Shown here: in pieces, positions 56,130 to 61,553 of the stretch | Position numbering within the stretch: position 1 is the first letter of the stretch | How the letters are laid out: the number at the start of each line of letters is the position of its first letter | Made by a program: the position numbers and the translations under genes | Notes under the pieces: model-generated | Told to the model about the DNA's origin: nothing | Seen by the model: only the letters and a program-made list of their open reading frames with translations | Databases searched by the model: none | Source: Candidatus Parcubacteria bacterium | Lineage (GTDB): Bacteria > Patescibacteriota > Minisyncoccia > Phycocordibacterales > Phycocordibacteraceae | NCBI GenBank assembly: GCA_021731495.1 | Contig: JAKFXG010000002.1 | Span: 1-61,553 of the forward strand | Reading direction: 5' to 3' | Length of the DNA: 61,553 bases

Positions 56130-56939
56130 ATGGCAAGAATGATGACCCCCGCAGAATTTAGGGTACTCGTGTGGCGCTACTACCGAACACACGGGCGGCA
56201 TGACTTGCCTTGGCGGCAAACGCATAACCCATACTGCGTACTTGTCTCAGAAATAATGCTCCAGCAAACGCAAGTGGATCGGGTGATACCGTTTTATAAA
56301 AAGTTCACACGGAAATTTCCAACAGCCAGAAAGCTTGCGCAAGCCCCATTGTCTGAAGTCCTGAAAAGCTGGCAGGGCCTCGGCTACAATCGACGGGCTA
56401 AGCAGCTCAGGGCTGCCGCCCAAGCGCTCACTGAAAGAAAATATCGAACAGTCACCGAACTTGAGGAGTTACCGGGTGTCGGACCATACACGGCGCGCGC
56501 GGTCGCCGCATTTGCAGACAACCAAGATGTGATTTTTATTGAGACAAATATCCGCACGGCGATTATTCACCATTTCCTTCCGAAGAAGAAGAAAGTCTCG
56601 GACAAGGACATTGAGAATGTACTTCTACGGGTCCTCCCGAAGGGGAAGTCGAGAGATTGGTACAGCGCGCTTATGGACTACGGTGCGTATTTGAAACGTT
56701 CGGGTATTTCACACAATGCAAGGAGTAAGGGGTACGTGAAGCAGTCGAAATTCTCTGGGTCTCTACGAGAAGCGCGTGGCGCTCTTCTGCGCGAACTCAC
56801 CCAGGGAACCGTGCCGCGGGCACTCCTCTTGAACCTTCTTGGTGCCTCGCGGCGCGCACAAGTTCTCACGGCGCTTGATGCTCTCCTCGCTGAGGGATTG
56901 GTATGTGTGAAAAAGGGTCATGTCGCACTCGCCAACTAA
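56130..56939 (+). CDS. mutY: A/G-specific adenine glycosylase (short form)
   Basis: LPWR, VSEIMLQQTQV, WQGLGYNRRA, LPGVGPYTA. Confidence 0.92.
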   Translation: MARMMTPAEFRVLVWRYYRTHGRHDLPWRQTHNPYCVLVSEIMLQQTQVDRVIPFYKKFTRKFPTARKLAQAPLSEVLKSWQGLGYNRRAKQLRAAAQALTERKYRTVTELEELPGVGPYTARAVAAFADNQDVIFIETNIRTAIIHHFLPKKKKVSDKDIENVLLRVLPKGKSRDWYSALMDYGAYLKRSGISHNARSKGYVKQSKFSGSLREARGALLRELTQGTVPRALLLNLLGASRRAQVLTALDALLAEGLVCVKKGHVALAN

Positions 56940-58087
56940 CGAAAATCTCTTATGCGCAAGGTTGTCGCGACGCCAGCGATAGCGATGAATCCGCCGGTGA
57001 GCAGGAAAAATAGCTGATAGGTGCCGAAATACAGAATGAGGCTGCCGACTACCGGCGCGATCAAGTTTGCAACCGGCCAGACGCCTCGGAAAAAGCTTAT
57101 TGACGTGATGTCTTGTTCGGATACTCGACGGAAAAAGTGGGCTGTGGTCATGCTCTCAATGAGAGCCGTGCCTACGCGAGAGCCGATAAGTATGAGAAGA
57201 ATGAGGACAAGCGGGGAAGACGGCGAAAGAAAGCTGAGAGAAACAACCGCCCCGCCTGCAATAAGAAATCCTGCGAGCATCAGTTCTTTGTCGCCGAGGA
57301 ATCGGTCTGCGATCCATCCGGCAGGATATTCGACAAGCACGTAGGGTATGAGCATGATCGAGAACATCCATCCGAGGGTCGCCCATGGTATGTCGAGCAT
57401 GGTGTGGAGGTAGAAGGGAACGTATAGCGGCGCCCAGATGTAAAAGAGGTAGAGGATAAGATGTCCGAACGTGACCGCTGCGAAATCGCGGTCCTGCAGG
57501 ATACAGGCCATTGTGTCCCGGATGTGGGAGACTTTCGGTGCCGCTCCCTTTGGGAGATTTTGCGAAGTGAGAAGGATAATAAGCGGTATCGTCGCCGCGG
57601 CGGCGGCGAGGAAGACGCGGCCAAAGGCGTCTGAATGTGCCAAGAGCGCACCCATGAGGAGCGGTGCGGCGAGGGTGGCAATATTCCATCCCGTGAGAAA
57701 AGTTGTGCGCACGCGGCCCGCTCCGTCTTCAGTCCCAGTCGCTTCGAGAAGTATATCGAGCCCGTAGGAAAGAAACGACTGGAGCGAAATGGTGACAGCG
57801 ATAAGGAGTATGCTCGCTAGAGCGCCTGGAGCCGCCGCGAGCGCGAGCAGGGCGAGCATTTCTGCGATGGCAAATCCAAGCGCGAGTCGTTGTGCGCCGT
57901 ATCGTGCGACGATCCGTGGGAGGTAGGGGAAAAGAATGACGCCGACAGCTGCTCCTCCTGCAATAACGAGACCGGTGTACGCCACCGGCATGAAGGATGA
58001 GAGGTAGGGAAGTAGGATGTAAGCGACCAGGGCGGCGAACATCGAGAAAAAGAAATTCCCGAAAAAAAGGATAACGCGCGGAGACAT
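56936..58087 (-). CDS. MFS transporter
   Basis: about 12 TM segments, G..ADRFLG.K motif. Confidence 0.85.
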   Translation of the reverse strand: MSPRVILFFGNFFFSMFAALVAYILLPYLSSFMPVAYTGLVIAGGAAVGVILFPYLPRIVARYGAQRLALGFAIAEMLALLALAAAPGALASILLIAVTISLQSFLSYGLDILLEATGTEDGAGRVRTTFLTGWNIATLAAPLLMGALLAHSDAFGRVFLAAAAATIPLIILLTSQNLPKGAAPKVSHIRDTMACILQDRDFAAVTFGHLILYLFYIWAPLYVPFYLHTMLDIPWATLGWMFSIMLIPYVLVEYPAGWIADRFLGDKELMLAGFLIAGGAVVSLSFLSPSSPLVLILLILIGSRVGTALIESMTTAHFFRRVSEQDITSISFFRGVWPVANLIAPVVGSLILYFGTYQLFFLLTGGFIAIAGVATTLRIRDFR

Positions 58088-58143
58088 TGTCTTCGAGCAT
58101 AGCATACGAAAAACGCGGTCCGTCAAAGACGAACCGCGTTGAA

Positions 58144-58761
58144 CTAATGGTTGTGCTGTTCGATGCGAATCATATGCGCTTCTGAGGCAGGCGAGTCAGG
58201 TGCGAGTAGCAGAAGTTCAGAATTGCCAAAGTGGAATTGTGTGAGAAGGTCTATCCATGGGAGATCGTAATACGCAGCATAGAGCATTTTGCCGAAATCG
58301 CCGTGGGTCACAAGGAGCACCGACCCATCAAGGTGCCATTTCTGAACCTCATCCAGAACTTGTTTTGCGCGCTTGATGAGTTGCGGGAACGTTTCGGCAC
58401 CTTCCGGCGATAGGAAGTACGTGATGGTATCTGTTTTTATGATGGCGGGGGCACAGAGCTTCTCAATGTCATCTACCGGCTTGCCAGTCATCGTTCCGAA
58501 ATCGCGTTCGATTAGGCCCTCGATGACTCGCGGTGCCGGAAGACTGAGAGTCTTTGTGATCGCACAAGCGGTATCGTACGCGCGCATGAGCGGCGACGAA
58601 TACACTGCATCAAACGTGAGGCCATGGTCCCTGATCCCCTCGGCGAGCTCAAGAGCTTGGCGCATACCGAGTTCGGTCAATGGTAAATCCCGATGGCCGT
58701 TGAGGATGCCAGCAGTATTGTCCGCATTTTGCCCATGTCGGGCCACATAGATTTTCGTCAT
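58144..58761 (-). CDS. histidine phosphatase (phosphoglycerate mutase family)
   Basis: RHG, SSPL.RA..TA, E..FG, VTHG. Confidence 0.9.
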   Translation of the reverse strand: MTKIYVARHGQNADNTAGILNGHRDLPLTELGMRQALELAEGIRDHGLTFDAVYSSPLMRAYDTACAITKTLSLPAPRVIEGLIERDFGTMTGKPVDDIEKLCAPAIIKTDTITYFLSPEGAETFPQLIKRAKQVLDEVQKWHLDGSVLLVTHGDFGKMLYAAYYDLPWIDLLTQFHFGNSELLLLAPDSPASEAHMIRIEQHNH

Positions 58762-58859
58762 AGATGTCTTCCCATCGAAATAGTTTCGTTCTGACCCGAG
58801 ACTACCATAAAACGATCACGGCGGCACTCTCGTGCCGCCGTGATCTCGCCCATTTCAAT

Positions 58860-60785
58860 TTACATTCCAATCAAGACCGGAATGACCATCGGAGCTTTGT
58901 TGGTGTGAGCGAAGAGGAATCCGGCCATCACGTCGGTCAGATTGTTCTTCACATAGTCGAGATCGATCGGGTTCATATTGCGCGTCGAGTCCTCAACGGT
59001 CTTTTTGATGAGGACTCGTGCCTCATTGAGTAGATTCTGCGACTCGCGCAGGTAGATGAAACCGCGGCTGATGATATCAGGAGACTTACGCAGTTTTCCG
59101 GTCTTCAAGTTCACGCTCGCGATAATGACGAACATGCCGTCTTTCGCAAGTGACTGGCGATCGCGGATGACCACCTCCTGAATGTCGCCGATCATAAATC
59201 CGTCGACGATCATTGGCGAGGACGGAACCTTTTGTTTGTGCACGTTCATCCGCTCGCCGTCTTCGATATCGATAACAGTACCGTTGTCCGGGATGATGAT
59301 ATTTTCGCGAAGGAAGCCGGATTGTTCAACGGCTTTTGCGTGGCATGCAGTCATTGAGCGATACCCGTACGCCGGCATGAAGAATTTTGCGTTCACTTGC
59401 TTGTTGATCCAGACGAGCTCGCCGGTATTGCCGTGGCCGGTCGAGTGGACGTCAGAGGAGCGGTAGTGAATGAGCGAGACGTTGTGGCGATACAAATTGT
59501 CCTTCAATTTCTGTACGGCGATCTCGTTGCCGGGAATGACCGATGACGAGAGCACGATGGTATCGCGCTCGGTAAGGGTAATGTACTTGTGCTGCCTCGT
59601 TGCGATGCGCATGAGCGCGGCGAACTCTTCTCCCTGTGCACCAGTCGAAAGGATGACGATTTTGTCCGGCGGATAGTTGCCGATGTCTTGTGCGGGGATG
59701 AGCGTGTTTTTATCGATCGTGATAAGGCCGGCTTTTTCCGCTATCTCGAGGTTGTTCTTGATGGAACGTCCTTCCGTTACGATTTTCTTTCCGAGCTTCT
59801 CCGCGGTCTCAATGATGTGGATCATGCGCTCGAACTGGGAAGCGAACGTGCCGATGATGAGCCGCCCGGGCACTGTCTTAATGATGTCTTCCAGGGTTTG
59901 AATGACACGCTTTTCGGGGATGGAGAAGCCGTCCTTCTCGGCGTTTGTTGAGTCGGCGATGAAAAAGATGTTCTTATCTTTGGCAAGTGCTCCCCAGGTT
60001 TTCTGCTCGCGCTCGCTTGGGATACCGTCGTCATGGTCGAGCTTCAAGTCGCCGGTGATGACGACGTTGCCTTGCGGGGTCTCTATCGAGACACCCATCG
60101 AGTCGGGAATCGAGTGCGTGACGGGGAAAAATTTCACCCGTGTCGAACCGATGACCACGGACTGCCCAACTTCAACCGTAATCATTTCCGATTTCGGAAC
60201 ATCCGGATACTCCTCCTGGCGGCGCTGGATCATAACGGACGTTAGATTTTGCGTGTAGATAGGCGGCGTGCCGAAGCGCGGCATCACAAAAGGGATGCCG
60301 CCGATGTGATCGAGGTGTCCGTGCGTGATGATGACGCCCTTCACGCGAGCCGCGTTCTTCTCAAGGTATCGGGTATTGGGGAGGATGTAGTCGACTCCCG
60401 GAGACGAAGCTTCGGAGACGAATTGGAATCCCGCGTCAAAAACGAGAATGTCGCCAGTCGCGCCTATTTCAACGGCGGTCATGTTGCGGCCCACTTCCTC
60501 GACACCGCCAAGCGGAATAATGCGGACCGAAGTCGGTCCGACCGGTTCAGGGAAGTAGTCGACGGCACGGTTTACGCGTGTTGGCTGAGCCGTCGGGCGG
60601 CGCAGTATCCGCTGAATGCGGCGTGAGGCCCCTCCGGGACGCGGACCTCCGCGGTCGCTTGATCGATTCCCGCGGTTGAAACGTCTCCCCGGGCGGTCGG
60701 AGCGTGGTCGTGCTTCATGTGCAGGACTTGGTTGTGTCTCGGGTGCACGTCCCGGAGCTGGCGCAGGCGCTGGAGCTGGATTCAT
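58860..60785 (-). CDS. rnj: ribonuclease J
   Basis: PLGGVEEVGRNM, THGHLDHIG, HSIPD, DSTNA, STGAQGE, HSTGH. Confidence 0.95.
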   Translation of the reverse strand: MNPAPAPAPAPGRAPETQPSPAHEARPRSDRPGRRFNRGNRSSDRGGPRPGGASRRIQRILRRPTAQPTRVNRAVDYFPEPVGPTSVRIIPLGGVEEVGRNMTAVEIGATGDILVFDAGFQFVSEASSPGVDYILPNTRYLEKNAARVKGVIITHGHLDHIGGIPFVMPRFGTPPIYTQNLTSVMIQRRQEEYPDVPKSEMITVEVGQSVVIGSTRVKFFPVTHSIPDSMGVSIETPQGNVVITGDLKLDHDDGIPSEREQKTWGALAKDKNIFFIADSTNAEKDGFSIPEKRVIQTLEDIIKTVPGRLIIGTFASQFERMIHIIETAEKLGKKIVTEGRSIKNNLEIAEKAGLITIDKNTLIPAQDIGNYPPDKIVILSTGAQGEEFAALMRIATRQHKYITLTERDTIVLSSSVIPGNEIAVQKLKDNLYRHNVSLIHYRSSDVHSTGHGNTGELVWINKQVNAKFFMPAYGYRSMTACHAKAVEQSGFLRENIIIPDNGTVIDIEDGERMNVHKQKVPSSPMIVDGFMIGDIQEVVIRDRQSLAKDGMFVIIASVNLKTGKLRKSPDIISRGFIYLRESQNLLNEARVLIKKTVEDSTRNMNPIDLDYVKNNLTDVMAGFLFAHTNKAPMVIPVLIGM

Positions 60786-60857
60786 AATTGATTGATTAGG
60801 TAGTCGGGTAAGATTGTTAAATTGAAACTGAAACCCGTACGAAAATAATGAGCAATG

Positions 60858-61553
60858 TTAGCGGGCGAAGAACGGCCAGACCGCGTCGGTCTTTCGATAC
60901 CACGATGCGACTGTCGCGAAGCGATCTGCGGGGGTAATGATCTGCGGAAGAACGATGCCGCGGAGATCATGGGGTACGGCGTAAGTGAAACTTGGCGCAT
61001 AAATGAATGCGGCCGGGTAGTCTGCGGCTATGAGGTTCTCGATCTTCTGGAGATCCGCGGCACGGGTCCCTTTGTCGGCGGAACTACGTGCGTTCTCAAG
61101 AAGCGCGTCAACGGTCTTATTTGCGTACATCGCGATATTGAGACCCGGATCGTTCCGCTCCTGCGAATCCCAGAATGCATAGAGATCCTGGTCTCGGCCT
61201 ATCACCATGCCGTAGAGGAGCGCTTCGTACTTGCGCGGGCGGATGACGTTTTGCGAAAGGTCGCCCGGCTCGTAGAGTTCGACGTCAACCGGGATGCCGA
61301 GTCGCTCCCAATTCGTCTTAACCGCACTCGCGACGTTTTTCAACTCAGGCACATTCGAGGTGCGTATGGTGATGCGGTCGAGTGTTTGCTTTGCGGAGGC
61401 GTTCTTCCATGCGCGGAGAGCTCCATCATAGGTCCATCCGGATGCCTTGAGCACTTCTGCCGCCGCCGCTATCGAGTTTTCCGATTGGGGGACTGCGACT
61501 GCTGAATACCTTTCCCCGGCGGCACAGGACCCATAATCGGGGTCGCGTAACCG
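60858..61553 (-). CDS. peptide/nickel ABC transporter substrate-binding protein (C-terminal part, apparent frameshift near 61495)
   Basis: A..L..SGW, W..LGI.V, D.D.Y.FW.S, N...Y.N..VD.LLE; upstream GYATPIMGPVPP lies in a different frame. Confidence 0.8.
   Translation of the reverse strand, partial: RLRDPDYGSCAAGERYSAVAVPQSENSIAAAAEVLKASGWTYDGALRAWKNASAKQTLDRITIRTSNVPELKNVASAVKTNWERLGIPVDVELYEPGDLSQNVIRPRKYEALLYGMVIGRDQDLYAFWDSQERNDPGLNIAMYANKTVDALLENARSSADKGTRAADLQKIENLIAADYPAAFIYAPSFTYAVPHDLRGIVLPQIITPADRFATVASWYRKTDAVWPFFAR

Noticed and set aside
14085..61505. Numerous antisense and alternative-frame ORFs in the six-frame track
   Set aside because: They are shadows of well-supported genes in GC-rich coding sequence, with no independent motifs.

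Overview
This is a chromosomal segment of a Patescibacteria (CPR, Parcubacteria-like) genome using translation table 11. The assignment is inferred from the missing rpmD between rpsE and rplO, mostly SD-less housekeeping genes, and typical CPR TrmB and PaaX-like regulators. It contains the str, S10 and spc ribosomal clusters (split into several units), secY-adk-map-ndk, infC-rpmI-rplT, rpsO, DNA repair and recombination genes (rarA, xth, xerC/D-like, pcrA/uvrD, nth, mutY, comM), a CCA-adding enzyme with embedded parS-like sites, four intact tRNA genes, RNase J and several orphan ORFs. The most unusual signals are non-coding. (1) A separately punctuated RNA between rpsG and fusA reproduces helices 7 and 11 of 16S rRNA with helices 8-10 removed. 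(2) A Russian-doll tRNA-Pro locus places an intact tRNA at the tip of a long hairpin inserted in the anticodon loop of a second, doubly interrupted copy. (3) At least four families of tiny structured insertion elements occur; one three-way-junction element sits in frame in uvrD, rsmA (twice) and another gene, and another is flanked by synonymous duplications of host gene ends. (4) A PaaX-like gene is bracketed by paired 38-bp palindromes and a 51-bp duplication. (5) There is a 6S-like RNA candidate. All calls come from reading the sequence by eye; no database searches were run.
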